Assembly (NCBI GenBank): GCA_040954595.2
Contig: CM082587.2
Coordinates: 11,773,262 to 11,837,261 of the forward strand
Source of the DNA: Balanoglossus misakiensis
Lineage: Eukaryota; Animalia; Hemichordata
DNA: 64,000 bases
Direction of reading: 5' to 3'
The notes beneath the pieces were generated by a model that searched no databases, was not told where the DNA came from, and saw only the letters and a list, made by a program, of their open reading frames with translations. A program made the position numbers and the translations under genes. Positions 12,501-24,685 of this stretch are shown in pieces (position 1 is the first letter of the stretch; every line of letters begins with the position of its first letter).

Positions 12501-15500
12501 GTTGAGCTGAGGAGAGCACCTTCCTTCCCGGCACGCCACCAAGTAAAGTTCCACGCCGCCCACCACAGATGCCAGCATTCATTCATGCGAGTGAGTGTAA
12601 TTGCAAATTTGCCTATTCTAGATCTGTAATGGAAATGGAGAAAGTACCTTATATTTTCTGTAAAATAGACATTTAATTGGCAAGCCGTCCTGCATCAATT
12701 ATGAATTGTGTACATGCACTAAAGCGCCCTCACTGCTGGGTGTGTTGTATGGTCTTTAACCCTGTTTCAAATTAGAGTACTTTCTGCAATTTCAAGACAG
12801 ATCTTACGTGCCATTGGAGAGCTCCATTGACTGGTCATTCATACTGTTTTCATTCATTCATTGCGGCATCAATATATTTTATCTATTCTAGCCAAAGAGC
12901 TTGGCACCTGTTGAAATGAACTCATCTGCTGTGGGCCAGTTTATTGGTGGCAGTTGAGCTGAGGAGAGCACCTTCCTTCCCGGCACGCCACCAAGTAAAG
13001 TTCCACGCCGCCCACCACAGATGCCAGCATTCATTCATGCGAGTGAGTGTAATTGCAAATTTGCCTATTCTAGAATCTTACGTGCCATTGGAGAGCTCCA
13101 TTGACTGGTCATTCATACTGTTTTCATTCATTCATTGCGGCATCAATATATTTTATCTATTCTAGCCAAAGAGCTTGGCACCTGTTGAAATGAACTCATC
13201 TGCTGTGGGCCAGTTTATTGGTGGCAGTTGAGCTGAGGAGAGCACCTTCCTTCCCGGCACGCCACCAAGTAAAGTTCCACGCCGCCCACCACAGATGCCA
13301 GCATTCATTCATGCGAGTGAGTGTAATTGCAAATTTGCCTATTCTAGATCTGTAATGGAAATGGAGAAAGTACCTTATATTTTCTGTAAAATAGACATTT
13401 AATTGGCAAGCCGTCCTGCATCAATTATTAATTGTGTACATGCACTAAAGCGCCCTCACTGCTGGGTGTGTTGTATGGTCTTTAACCCTGTTTCAAATTA
13501 GAGTACTTTCTGCAATTTCAAGACAGATCTTACGTGCCATTGGAGAGCTCCATTGACTGGTCATTCATACTGTTTTCATTCATTCATTGCGGCATCAATA
13601 TATTTTATCTATTCTAGCCAAAGAGCTTGGCACCTGTTGAAATGAACTCATCTGCTGTGGGCCAGTTTATTGGTGGCAGTTGAGCTGAGAAGAGCACCTT
13701 CCTTCCCGGCACGCCACCAAGTAAAGTTCCACGCCGCCCACCACAGATGCCAGCATTCATTCATGCGAGTGAGTGTAATTGCAAATTTGCCTATTCTAGA
13801 TCTGTAATGGAAATGGAGAAAGTACCTTATATTTTCTGTAAAATAGACATTTAATTGGCAAGCCGTCCTGCATCAATTATGAATTGTGTACATGCACTAA
13901 AGCGCCCTCACTGCTGGGTGTGTTGTATGGTCTTTAACCCTGTTTCAAATTAGAGTACTTTCTGCAATTTCAAGACAGATCTTACGTGCCATTGGAGAGC
14001 TCCATTGACTGGTCATTCATACTGTTTTCATTCATTCATTGCGGCATCAATATATTTTATCTATTCTAGCCAAAGAGCTTGGCACCTGTTGAAATGAACT
14101 CATCTGCTGTGGGCCAGTTTATTGGTGGCAGTTGAGCTGAGGAGAGCACCTTCCTTCCCGGCACGCCACCAAGTAAAGTTCCACGCCGCCCACCACAGAT
14201 GCCAGCATTCATTCATGCGAGTGAGTGTAATTGCAAATTTGCCTATTCTAGATCTGTAATGGAAATGGAGAAAGTACCTTATATTTTCTGTAAAATAGAC
14301 ATTTAATTGGCAAGCCGTCCTGCATCAATTATGAATTGTGTACATGCACTAAAGCGCCCTCACTGCTGGGTGTGTTGTATGGTCTTTAACCCTGTTTCAA
14401 ATTAGAGTACTTTCTGCAATTTCAAGACAGATCTTACGTGCCATTGGAGAGCTCCATTGACTGGTCATTCATACTGTTTTCATTCATTCATTGCGGCATC
14501 AATATATTTTATCTATTCTAGCCAAAGAGCTTGGCACCTGTTGAAATGAACTCATCTGCTGTGGGCCAGTTTATTGGTGGCAGTTGAGCTGAGGAGAGCA
14601 CCTTCCTTCCCGGCACGCCACCAAGTAAAGTTCCACGCCGCCCACCACAGATGCCAGCATTCATTCATGCGAGTGAGTGTAATTGCAAATTTGCCTATTC
14701 TAGATCTGTAATGGAAATGGAGAAAGTACCTTATATTTTCTGTAAAATAGACATTTAATTGGCAAGCCGTCCTGCATCAATTATGAATTGTGTACATGCA
14801 CTAAAGCGCCCTCACTGCTGGGTGTGTTGTATGGTCTTTAACCCTGTTTCAAATTAGAGTACTTTCTGCAATTTCAAGACAGATCTTACGTGCCATTGGA
14901 GAGCTCCATTGACTGGTCATTCATACTGTTTTCATTCATTCATTGCGGCATCAATATATTTTATCTATTCTAGCCAAAGAGCTTGGCACCTGTTGAAATG
15001 AACTCATCTGCTGTGGGCCAGTTTATTGGTGGCAGTTGAGCTGAGAAGAGCACCTTCCTTCCCGGCACGCCACCAAGTAAAGTTCCACGCCGCCCACCAC
15101 AGATGCCAGCATTCATTCATGCGAGTGAGTGTAATTGCAAATTTGCCTATTCTAGAATCTTACGTGCCATTGGAGAGCTCCATTGACTGGTCATTCATAC
15201 TGTTTTCATTCATTCATTGCGGCATCAATATATTTTATCTATTCTAGCCAAAGAGCTTGGCACCTGTTGAAATGAACTCATCTGCTGTGGGCCAGTTTAT
15301 TGGTGGCAGTTGAGCTGAGGAGAGCACCTTCCTTCCCGGGACGCCACCAAGTAAAGTTCCACGCCGCCCACCACAGATGCCAGCATTCATTCATGCGAGT
15401 GAGTGTAATTGCAAATTTGCCTATTCTAGATTCTTACGTGCCATTGGAGAGCTCCATTGACTGGTCATTCATACTGTTTTCATTCATTCATTGCGGCATC

Positions 15501-18155
15501 AATATATTTTATCTATTCTAGCCAAAGAGCTTGGCACCTGTTGAAATGAACTCATCTGCTGTGGGCCAGTTTATTGGTGGCAGTTGAGCTGAGGAGAGCA
15601 CCTTCCTTCCCGGCACGCCACCAAGTAAAGTTCCACGCCGCCCACCACAGATGCCAGCATTCATTCATGCGAGTGAGTGTAATTGCAAATTTGCCTATTC
15701 TAGATCTGTAATGGAAATGGAGAAAGTACCTTATATTTTCTGTAAAATAGACATTTAATTGGCAAGCCGTCCTGCATCAATTATTAATTGTGTACATGCA
15801 CTAAAGCGCCCTCACTGCTGGGTGTGTTGTATGGTCTTTAACCCTGTTTCAAATTAGAGTACTTTCTGCAATTTCAAGACAGATCTTACGTGCCATTGGA
15901 GAGCTCCATTGACTGGTCATTCATACTGTTTTCATTCATTCATTGCGGCATCAATATATTTTATCTATTCTAGCCAAAGAGCTTGGCACCTGTTGAAATG
16001 AACTCATCTGCTGTGGGCCAGTTTATTGGTGGCAGTTGAGCTGAGGAGAGCACCTTCCTTCCCGGCACGCCACCAAGTAAAGTTCCACGCCGCCCACCAC
16101 AGATGCCAGCATTCATTCATGCGAGTGAGTGTAATTGCAAATTTGCCTATTCTAGATCTGTAATGGAAATGGAGAAAGTACCTTATATTTTCTGTAAAAT
16201 AGACATTTAATTGGCAAGCCGTCCTGCATCAATTATGAATTGTGTACATGCACTAAAGCGCCCTCACTGCTGGGTGTGTTGTATGGTCTTTAACCCTGTT
16301 TCAAATTAGAGTACTTTCTGCAATTTCAAGACAGATCTTACGTGCCATTGGAGAGCTCCATTGACTGGTCATTCATACTGTTTTCATTCATTCATTGCGG
16401 CATCAATATATTTTATGTATTCTAGCCAAAGAGCTTGGCACCTGTTGAAATGAACTCATCTGCTGTGGGCCAGTTTATTGGTGGCAGTTGAGCTGAGGAG
16501 AGCACCTTCCTTCCCGGCACGCCACCAAGTAAAGTTCCACGCCGCCCACCACAGATGCCAGCATTCATTCATGCGAGTGAGTGTAATTGCAAATTTGCCT
16601 ATTCTAGATCTGTAATGGAAATGGAGAAAGTACCTTATATTTTCTGTAAAATAGACATTTAATTGGCAAGCCGTCCTGCATCAATTATTAATTGTGTACA
16701 TGCACTAAAGCGCCCTCACTGCTGGGTGTGTTGTATGGTCTTTAACCCTGTTTCAAATTAGAGTACTTTCTGCAATTTCAAGACAGATCTTACGTGCCAT
16801 TGGAGAGCTCCATTGACTGGTCATTCATACTGTTTTCATTCATTCATTGCGGCATCAATATATTTTATCTATTCTAGCCAAAGAGCTTGGCACCTGTTGA
16901 AATGAACTCATCTGCTGTGGGCCAGTTTATTGGTGGCAGTTGAGCTGAGGAGAGCACCTTCCTTCCCGGCACGCCACCAAGTAAAGTTCCACGCCGCCCA
17001 CCACAGATGCCAGCATTCATTCATGCGAGTGAGTGTAATTGCAAATTTGCCTATTCTAGAATTACGTGCCATTGGAGAGCTCCATTGACTGGTCATTCAT
17101 ACTGTTTTCATTCATTCATTGCGGCATCAATATATTTTATCTATTCTAGCCAAAGAGCTTGGCACCTGTTGAAATGAACTCATCTGCTGTGGGCCAGTTT
17201 ATTGGTGGCAGTTGAGCTGAGGAGAGCACCTTCCTTCCCGGCACGCCACCAAGTAAAGTTCCACGCCGCCCACCACAGATGCCAGCATTCATTCATGCGA
17301 GTGAGTGTAATTGCAAATTTGCCTATTCTAGATCTGTAATGGAAATGGAGAAAGTACCTTATATTTTCTGTAAAATAGACATTTAATTGGCAAGCCGTCC
17401 TGCATCAATTATGAATTGTGTACATGCACTAAAGCGCCCTCACTGCTGGGTGTGTTGTATGGTCTTTAACCCTGTTTCAAATTAGAGTACTTTCTGCAAT
17501 TTCAAGACAGATCTTACGTGCCATTGGAGAGCTCCATTGACTGGTCATTCATACTGTTTTCATTCATTCATTGCGGCATCAATATATTTTATCTATTCTA
17601 GCCAAAGAGCTTGGCACCTGTTGAAATGAACTCATCTGCTGTGGGCCAGTTTATTGGTGGCAGTTGAGCTGAGGAGAGCACCTTCCTTCCCGGCACGCCA
17701 CCAAGTAAAGTTCCACGCCGCCCACCACAGATGCCAGCATTCATTCATGCGAGTGAGTGTAATTGCAAATTTGCCTATTCTAGATCTGTAATGGAAATGG
17801 AGAAAGTACCTTATATTTTCTGTAAAATAGACATTTAATTGGCAAGCCGTCCTGCATCAATTATGAATTGTGTACATGCACTAAAGCGCCCTCACTGCTG
17901 GGTGTGTTGTATGGTCTTTAACCCTGTTTCAAATTAGAGTACTTTCTGCAATTTCAAGACAGATCTTACGTGCCATTGGAGAGCTCCATTGACTGGTCAT
18001 TCATACTGTTTTCATTCATTCATTGCGGCATCAATATATTTTATCTATTCTAGCCAAAGAGCTTGGCACCTGTTGAAATGAACTCATCTGCTGTGGGCCA
18101 GTTTATTGGTGGCAGTTGAGCTGAGGAGAGCACCTTCCTTCCCGGCACGCCACCA

Positions 18156-19959
18156 AGTAAAGTTCCACGTGCATTCCTGGCCCTGGTTTTATTTATGTTT
18201 ACAGACAATATTGCATTTTTGTACAAGTATTTTAATCAACTATAAATTTTGAATGTGTCATTTACCTGAACCGGTCATGTTGACCAGAATGATACATTTC
18301 TGCCTTCACTCACCCTATAAATATGTGATTGAGACATAGGTCATTTGCATAAGCTAACATACCAGAAAGTAAGCATATCTGTTGTTTTCCCTGTGTCACT
18401 GCCATCAAAGTAAAAATTAGACGTTGTGTAGAGCAAACTCCAATTTTTTGTTCTCAATAAACATGGATGAATTACATAGAATGTGTTTGTTGTTTACAGT
18501 CTTTAAATGACACATTAGATTATGCACTTTACAAAACGTTTCTGAGAAACAAGTGACTAACTAGTTTCTTTCCACTGTGGCCAACGTGGTTCACTGTTTG
18601 TGTCAGAATCTCTCTGTTTTGCAAGGATTTTGAAATCATAGTGGTGACATGCATAGTGAAAATCAGCTACTTTCAAATGTCCGTCATGTTCATGCTGTAA
18701 TTGAATTTTCAAAGCTGGGCTGGCGTGTTTTTTCTTATTTACATAAGTATCACACTTTATACATGTATCTTCATGGGGTTTTTTGAGTCCCGTATTTAGG
18801 TCCTCTCTCACAATTTTACGAAATATCGTATAACTGACAGTTGTTCTTCCCAGAAGAGATTGGTTGGTTATGAACTCTCGGTGTAACTGCGATATACTGT
18901 GGTCCGGCGCCAGGTACGGTTTAAATCGAGGATTCCTGCAGTAGTGAGATTCTACAATTCTGTGCCTGCGTACGTGTTCAGTGATATCAGTCAGCAAATT
19001 TGGATTGAGTTTCCGACGATGCCCTTTGTGTCGGCCCCTTGCATCTGGCATCAGACCAGTAAAGTTCCATGTGCATTCCTGGCCCTGGTTTTATTTATGT
19101 TTACAGACAATATTGCATTTTTGTACAAGTATTTTAATCAACTATAAATTTTGAATGTGTCATTTACCTGAACCGGTCATGTTGACCAGAATGATACATT
19201 TCTGCCTTCACTCACCCTATAAATATGTGATTGAGACATAGGTCATTTGCATAAGCTAACATACCAGAAAGTAAGCATATCTGTTGTTTTCCCTGTGTCA
19301 CTGCCATCAAAGTAAAAATTAGACGTTGTGTAGAGCAAACTCCAATTTTTTGTTCTCAATAAACATGGATGAATTACATAGAATGTGTTTGTTGTTTACA
19401 GTCTTTAAATGACACATTAGATTATGCACTTTACAAAACGTTTCTGAGAAACAAGTGACTAACTAGTTTCTTTCCACTGTGGCCAACGTGGTTCACTGTT
19501 TGTGTCAGAATCTCTCTGTTTTGCAAGGATTTTGAAATCATAGTGGTGACATGCATAGTGAAAATCAGCTACTTTCAAATGTCCGTCATGTTCATGCTGT
19601 AATTGAATTTTCAAAGCTGGGCTGGCGTGTTTTTTCTTATTTACATAAGTATCACACTTTATACATGTATCTTCATGGGGTTTTCTGAGTCCCGTATTTA
19701 GGTCCTCTCTCACAATTTTACGAAATATCGTATAACTGACAGTTGTTCTTCCCAGAAGAGATTGGTTGGTTATGAACTCTCGGTGTAACTGCGATATACT
19801 GTGGTCCGGCGCCAGGTACGGTTTAAATCGAGGATTCCTGCAGTAGTGAGATTCTACAATTCTGTGCCTGCGTACGTGTTCAGTGATATCAGTCAGCAAA
19901 TTTGGATTGAGTTTCCGACGATGCCCTTTGTGTCGGCCCCTTGCATCTGGCATCAGACC
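18156..19959. repeat. 902-bp direct tandem duplication (18156-19057 / 19058-19959)
   Basis: Same sequence at offset 902, with agt microhomology at the junction. Two substitutions noticed: c18168/t19070 and a K/R codon change. Confidence 0.95.
18557..19051 (-). pseudogene. 5'-truncated duplicate of the transposase N-half gene (164 aa, open from an internal Met)
   Basis: Identical to the last 164 aa of the 19459-20415 protein except one R/K change. Lies in the 902-bp duplication. Confidence 0.75.
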
Positions 19960-20415
19960 AGTTGAACAGTGCATCATTTTGCTTAGAACGGTTCTAGTCC
20001 GCCTCTCACTAATGCCAAATAATTTCAGGAATGCATTTTTGCAGACAGTAACCGTTTCACCGCCTTCATTCACCAGGTGATAACGAACCGATTTCTTGTG
20101 TGACTTCATCTGTATATCCATCAGTTTGTAGAGCATCAAGTTCTGTTCATTATACACGCGACCATCAAAATATTTTCTCGTGGTGCCTAAAACATGCGTA
20201 CTCCCAAGCTTCCGCAGACAATTCCCTTGAACGCAGGCGCATTCCAAGGAAAGACTGTCAATATCTGGAAAAGGGCGATTTTTCCTTGGTTTTTGTCTCG
20301 GACACGTCTTTTTAGAATTCCTACGTGGCTTGTTGGCTCGAGCTGACAGTTCGGTTCTGCGTTGCTGCCACACAGGAATGGGTTCCCACGCATAAGCAAC
20401 TCCCCGGCAGGCCAT
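19459..20415 (-). CDS. N-terminal half of Sola1-like transposase (DNA-binding/Zn region), 318 aa
   Basis: First ATG at 20415. Motifs CACVQGNC, VTVCKNAFLKLFGISERR, DARGRH, ESHYCR..YL, SYTIFRKIV..N.GL.KPHEDTCIKCD, H..HL..A are typical of the region preceding the catalytic core in this family. Confidence 0.8.
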   Translation of the reverse strand: MACRGVAYAWEPIPVWQQRRTELSARANKPRRNSKKTCPRQKPRKNRPFPDIDSLSLECACVQGNCLRKLGSTHVLGTTRKYFDGRVYNEQNLMLYKLMDIQMKSHKKSVRYHLVNEGGETVTVCKNAFLKLFGISERRTRTVLSKMMHCSTGLMPDARGRHKGHRRKLNPNLLTDITEHVRRHRIVESHYCRNPRFKPYLAPDHSISQLHREFITNQSLLGRTTVSYTIFRKIVREDLNTGLRKPHEDTCIKCDTYVNKKKHASPALKIQLQHEHDGHLKVADFHYACHHYDFKILAKQRDSDTNSEPRWPQWKETS

Positions 20416-20586
20416 GGTCACAGCTGAAGTATTTGTTCAAGTACTGACTGACTAAACGCGGCATGGAACAAACGAACGAACGAACGAACGACTTCACGTT
20501 CGGAAAAAAAATCGTTGCGAGCTGTTGGGTGCCTCTATAGTTGTCGGCAACCGTTCTTTTTTATTGCTAAACAATGCTGTCAGAGC
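20416..20586. promoter_or_regulatory. Putative 171-bp bidirectional promoter between the two transposase halves
   Basis: Head-to-head ATGs at 20415(-) and 20587(+). Contains short (ACTG)n and (AACG)5 repeats. Function inferred from position only. Confidence 0.5.
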
Positions 20587-21600
20587 ATGGAAGGTGTGGT
20601 GGAAAACGAACAGAGGTTTTGTACGACCAACGATTGGATGGTGCTACATATGGACTTCCACAAGTCATTGCCGGTTCCTAAACTCAGCTCTGAAGACTTT
20701 TACTTTAAATCGAAATTGCAAATGAAGCTCCTTGGAATTTACAACGGGACAACGGAAAAGATGCATTGTTATGTATGGACAGAGCTCGATAGCAGAAAGT
20801 CTCCCGATGAAGTTATTACCTGTCTAAATCACTTTTTTTATAACTCGGGTGTGACCAGCAGACATGCAGTTATTTACAGCGACAACTGCCGTGCCGAATT
20901 CAAGTGTGGGAAGTTAATGTTTTACTATGACTATCTGTTACGAAAGGGCGTGTTTCGACGAATTGACTATAAAACTCTTGTGGCTGGACACACGTACTCC
21001 ACCTGTGACCGAGTTTTTGCGTCCATTGAAAGGCATGCAAGTCGTTTCCAGAGTATAGAGACACCTCACGATTGGACATCTGTGATTCGAGGATCTTCTC
21101 TGAATGGGAACATTGGAGTTACGGAGATGACTCACAGAGACTTTTTCAATTATTCTGATTTCCTGAAAAATGAGTACGTTGTGCGTTATGCAGATACAAA
21201 CAATGTAACTTTTTACTACCAAGCCATGCACTATTTTAATTTTGGAGAAGGAGAAAGGCTTGATACCGACGGCAACCTCAGAACATTTAGTCATGCAGAT
21301 AAAGTTTGGGTGAGAACATCTCTAGATCCAAGCGAGACCCCGATTGTAGTCGACTTTAGAAAGAAGAAGCAGAACCGGCGTTTACAAGATTGTACGCTGA
21401 ACAAACTTTATCAGGAACGTCGACCACTGGCGAGCAAAGTTTGGCGGGATCTTCAGAGTTTAGCCAAAAATTACCTGTCTCCGGAGGCAATAGAATTTTA
21501 TAGGAATCTACCGCTTCAGGAGAGTAGTGGCACCTCTGCAGACCCGTACGCCTTTCATGATGATGACGACGACGATGATGATGATATGGGCGGTGGTTGA
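20587..21600 (+). CDS. Catalytic (RNase H-fold DDD) half of Sola1-like transposase, 337 aa, acidic tail
   Basis: MDFHKSLPVP...FYFKSKL...CYVWTE...EVITCL...YSDNC...KTLVAGHTYSTCDRVFASIE: three candidate catalytic Asp intact. First ATG at 20587. ATTAAA at 21701. Confidence 0.87.
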   Translation: MEGVVENEQRFCTTNDWMVLHMDFHKSLPVPKLSSEDFYFKSKLQMKLLGIYNGTTEKMHCYVWTELDSRKSPDEVITCLNHFFYNSGVTSRHAVIYSDNCRAEFKCGKLMFYYDYLLRKGVFRRIDYKTLVAGHTYSTCDRVFASIERHASRFQSIETPHDWTSVIRGSSLNGNIGVTEMTHRDFFNYSDFLKNEYVVRYADTNNVTFYYQAMHYFNFGEGERLDTDGNLRTFSHADKVWVRTSLDPSETPIVVDFRKKKQNRRLQDCTLNKLYQERRPLASKVWRDLQSLAKNYLSPEAIEFYRNLPLQESSGTSADPYAFHDDDDDDDDDMGGG

Positions 21601-21918
21601 ACAAACTGTCCTTTTCATGACGACAGTGATTTTGGATATTTGATGTGCGTGCACAGTTTATATGTAATATTTTCACACGAACGAGTTTTGACTGAATTTG
21701 ATTAAAGAATGTACTCGATAATTAACAAATGTGCTGAATCGTGGTTATTATGTTGTTAATTTTTGTTTGTTTGTTTGTTTGTTTGTAAACAATTTCCGTT
21801 CATTCAACTGGCTACAAAGTTGGATTTTTGTACTGGGAAGCGATAAACTCGCACATCAAAACCGGGGAGACTCGATCATTTTTCCCTGCAGGTAGCCTGA
21901 AAAGCACCCGGGCAGAGA

Positions 21919-21991
21919 TTACGTCATATATGGTCCACTTTAATACGAAATTATGCAAATGTGACATTTCACGGAAACGGCGTATATAAAA
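21919..21991 (+). promoter_or_regulatory. Pol II promoter-like cluster upstream of wHTH-SET gene
   Basis: CRE-like TTACGTCA 21919-21926, octamer ATGCAAAT 21953-21960, TATATAAAA 21983-21991, about 90 bp before ATG 22084. Confidence 0.55.
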
Positions 21992-22083
21992 GCGACCCTG
22001 GGCTATTGTTCGGAATGCGTCATCGACGAGAGAGTGACTGATAATTCTTCTACCTCGAGTCAACCATTCTGTATATACTGAAC

Positions 22084-23410
22084 ATGGCTAGCTGGCGCAG
22101 GAAGAGACAAGGCAATGTGCGGTCTGTAATCAACGAACGGCACCGCTCAGTTCAGTGTCCCTTTCTTCAAAAGTGGATCGGTGAGCAATTGGTATTTTCA
22201 GGTCGTTCAGAGGATGAAGTCCAGTCCAGTACTGTATTTGAGAGCTACAAATGTTGGGTTGAAAACTATTCGTCGGCGGACAATCAAGTAATGATTATGG
22301 TTACTAAAGCTCGATTTTTCAAGGTGAGAATGATCGCATTTTTCTTCCCCCCCCCCCTCCCTCCCCCAAGGGACTCGTTTTCTGTCTCTTTTAAACCTGT
22401 AACTTAACGAAAAGGAAGTTTTTCACATATCTCTTTGTTGACACTATAGCAATTTGGAGCGCGGATGCTTCAAGAGAATAGCGTTACCAAATCAAAGTCG
22501 GCCGGGGTTAATATTTATAGAGGTGTTCGTCTGAAAGCTGGTTCGCGAAGAATCTCAACGGGGAAACCTGAGCACAGTGTACTTCAGACCAGGGCAAGGG
22601 CATTTCTTGATGACGCCAGCGTGACCGTTCCGATCGAGGTAAGAATGGTGTTTTGTTTGGACTAGGACAATAGAACGTTGCAATGAGTGTGTCAATGGGT
22701 GTCCAAGTGCAAACGTGGTCGGCTTCTGTCCACAAATGCCATTAATTTTAGGCAGGATTTATAAAATTGTCAATGAAGAATACAAAAATGAAAAACAATA
22801 GTTAATAGCAAACGGGTAGGATTGCAAGGGCTTGTAAAACGGTACACACTGTACCAGGAAGTTTGCAACACTAATGAAGAATGTATATGATATATTTAGG
22901 TGAGAACTGTTCGCGATCGCCGGGACGCAGGACGGTGCGCGTTTTCGACGAGGGATCTTCAAGCCTGGAACGTCGTCTGCGAATACCGGGGCACGGTTAT
23001 TAGCGTTGAAGAAGCTAGTCGGCGTGATGAACTTTACAGGGCAGAGGGGAAACGACCACGCATGTTTCATCTCTACATTGGAAAGAGACACGTTGTGTGA
23101 GTGTATCACTTAGTCGAATATATGGTCATATATTGCAAAGCATCTGTCGAAATAGAAAACGTAATATTGTCTATATTTTCCTCATTAACGCAGCATTGAC
23201 GGATACGATGTCCCAGCCGGTGAAGAAAATTTAGCGGGCCTAATAAATCACAGTCAGCAGAACGCCAACTTGGTACCGGTTCGGATCGGAGAGCGCCTGG
23301 TTTTCTTTGCAACCAGGAATCTTTGTCAGGGAGTAGAGCTTTTGTATGATTACGGTGACGGGGGTGAAGAGGATTTCTTCAGTGGTTCTCAAACTTTTCC
23401 TGAAAATTAA
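22084..23410 (+). CDS. 4-exon gene: D5/RFX-like winged helix fused to SET8/PR-Set7(KMT5A)-like SET domain, ~280 aa
   Basis: Exons 22084-22323, 22450-22638, 22900-23096, 23194-23410 joined by GT-AG introns (phases 0, 0, 2) give one open frame. SET motifs AGRCAFSTRDL..VVCEYRG, IDG, LAGLINHS..N, FATRNL..GVELLYDYGD. N-terminus FLQKWI..VQSSTVFESYKCW..KARFFKQFG..NIYRGVRLK resembles a wHTH. Confidence 0.88.
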
Positions 23411-24319
23411 GGCATTAACACATCAACGCTTCGGGATGTCGTAACGGCGGCAAGGCGGGGGGGGGGGGGGGGGGGGCGTGAAAATGTTTGTATCAGGAAC
23501 AAAATTCCCGTGCAAATCACCTTGATCCGGGTGGGTGGACTATTCGCGACAAATGTTGGAAATCATACAAAGCATTTTACTTAATTAACCCATTTTTTTC
23601 ATTTATTTGTTTACAGTTTACAACGTCATAGAGAAGTTGAACTAGAGACTGGATCAGCGTGGGTGACACCATAGTACACCAATGTTTTCTTCAGTTTGAT
23701 TCAATTGTAATTTAAAACTGAGATTGCCTAACGCTTTCCCAGATTTTTTTAACCACTGAGAAACTGTGGGTTTTTTTCTGGGTTTTGGTGCGAGGTGATC
23801 TCAGTCAGTGGTGTTAATTTAATTAATCATTTTCTTTTCCTATTTACGTCGACTGAAATGTATTTTGATAGGTGATAGTCATACCATAAAAAAATCTTAC
23901 GGCGCGACTGCCAAAATGTACATTTATTTGTCCGTTCCAAGTTATTTTGTGTATGTGTGATGGGTGCCGGTGACTGTGCAGGGTTGATTTCCCTAGAGCG
24001 ACTGTTATATTCGTTTTCCAACGATGATGAATTTACATGTTATTTGCTTGGCATTTTGACGCAGAGACACTTCTGAAAACACAAACCTATTAATTATGCC
24101 ACGGGTGTAAATTGATCACATTAAAAGAGGCTTTAGACGTTTGCCGCGAGCTCCTGGTGGGCAGAATCTTGTCAGCCCAAATTTGACTATAAGTACATAG
24201 CCAATGATGTGACGCTCTCCCACATCCTTCGCCGCGCCTTTTCGCTGATTTACAGCATCTTGCGTAAACACTGTCATTTGATCTTGCTTGGCAGAAGTCA
24301 ACTTGCTCTATACTACATT

Positions 24320-24685
24320 ATGGCGGCCAAGCTCAACTGCATATCAGATAATGCCAAGGAGCGTTTGAGAGGCATCCTCGCCAGAAGGAGTCGCGTTTCC
24401 GGTGACTGTGTGCTCTGGACGGGTGCAGCTTGTCGAAACGGCTATGGCTCTATTACGTTCAGAGATGAGAACACTCTAACCGCCTATGTCCATCACATTG
24501 CACTCCTAATTAACGGAGTGCAATTGGTGGGCAGGCGGTTAGAGTGTTCTCATCTTTGCAACGAAAAGCTATGCATCCGCCCAGAGCACATTGTCCAGGA
24601 AACGCGACTCCTAAACATTTCACGAAAGACGTGCTTTAAATCCCCAAAAGGGGAGTGTCACCACGATCCCAGGTGCCTAAGGTGA
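24320..24685 (+). CDS. His-Me finger endonuclease (zinc-binding loop homing endonuclease, I-PpoI-like), 121 aa
   Basis: CVLWTGA..NGYGSI...YVHH...ECSHLCNEKLCIRPEHIVQET..LNISRKTC...CHHDPRC. First ATG at 24320. The stop overlaps a strong donor AAG|GTGAGT, so the 3' end may be spliced. Confidence 0.88.
   Translation: MAAKLNCISDNAKERLRGILARRSRVSGDCVLWTGAACRNGYGSITFRDENTLTAYVHHIALLINGVQLVGRRLECSHLCNEKLCIRPEHIVQETRLLNISRKTCFKSPKGECHHDPRCLR

Larger units (their letters stand above)
1..18169. repeat. Tandem satellite array 1: 452-bp monomers interspersed with 274/272/275-bp monomers
   Basis: gcaagccgtcctgcatc recurs at 1, 453, 905 (period 452). Spacing of 274 (1169 to 1443) where module B is absent. 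Only scattered single-base variants between monomers. Confidence 0.99.

Noticed and set aside
1-18169. CRISPR array
   Set aside because: No unique spacers, units are 272-452 bp, no cas genes, and the context is eukaryotic.
19883-21676. Short ORFs overlapping the transposase halves (19883, 20100, 20187, 20525, 20938, 21356)
   Set aside because: Antisense or alternative-frame shadows of the real ORFs.
22084-23312. ORFs 22084-22407, 22465-22665 and 22900-23100 as separate genes, plus antisense ORFs
   Set aside because: The plus ORFs are exons of one spliced gene read into their introns. The minus ORFs are shadows.
24189-24193. Baculovirus-like late promoter ATAAG, or an endogenous virus/Polinton origin
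   Set aside because: A 5-mer is expected by chance, and no capsid, polymerase or packaging ATPase gene is present.
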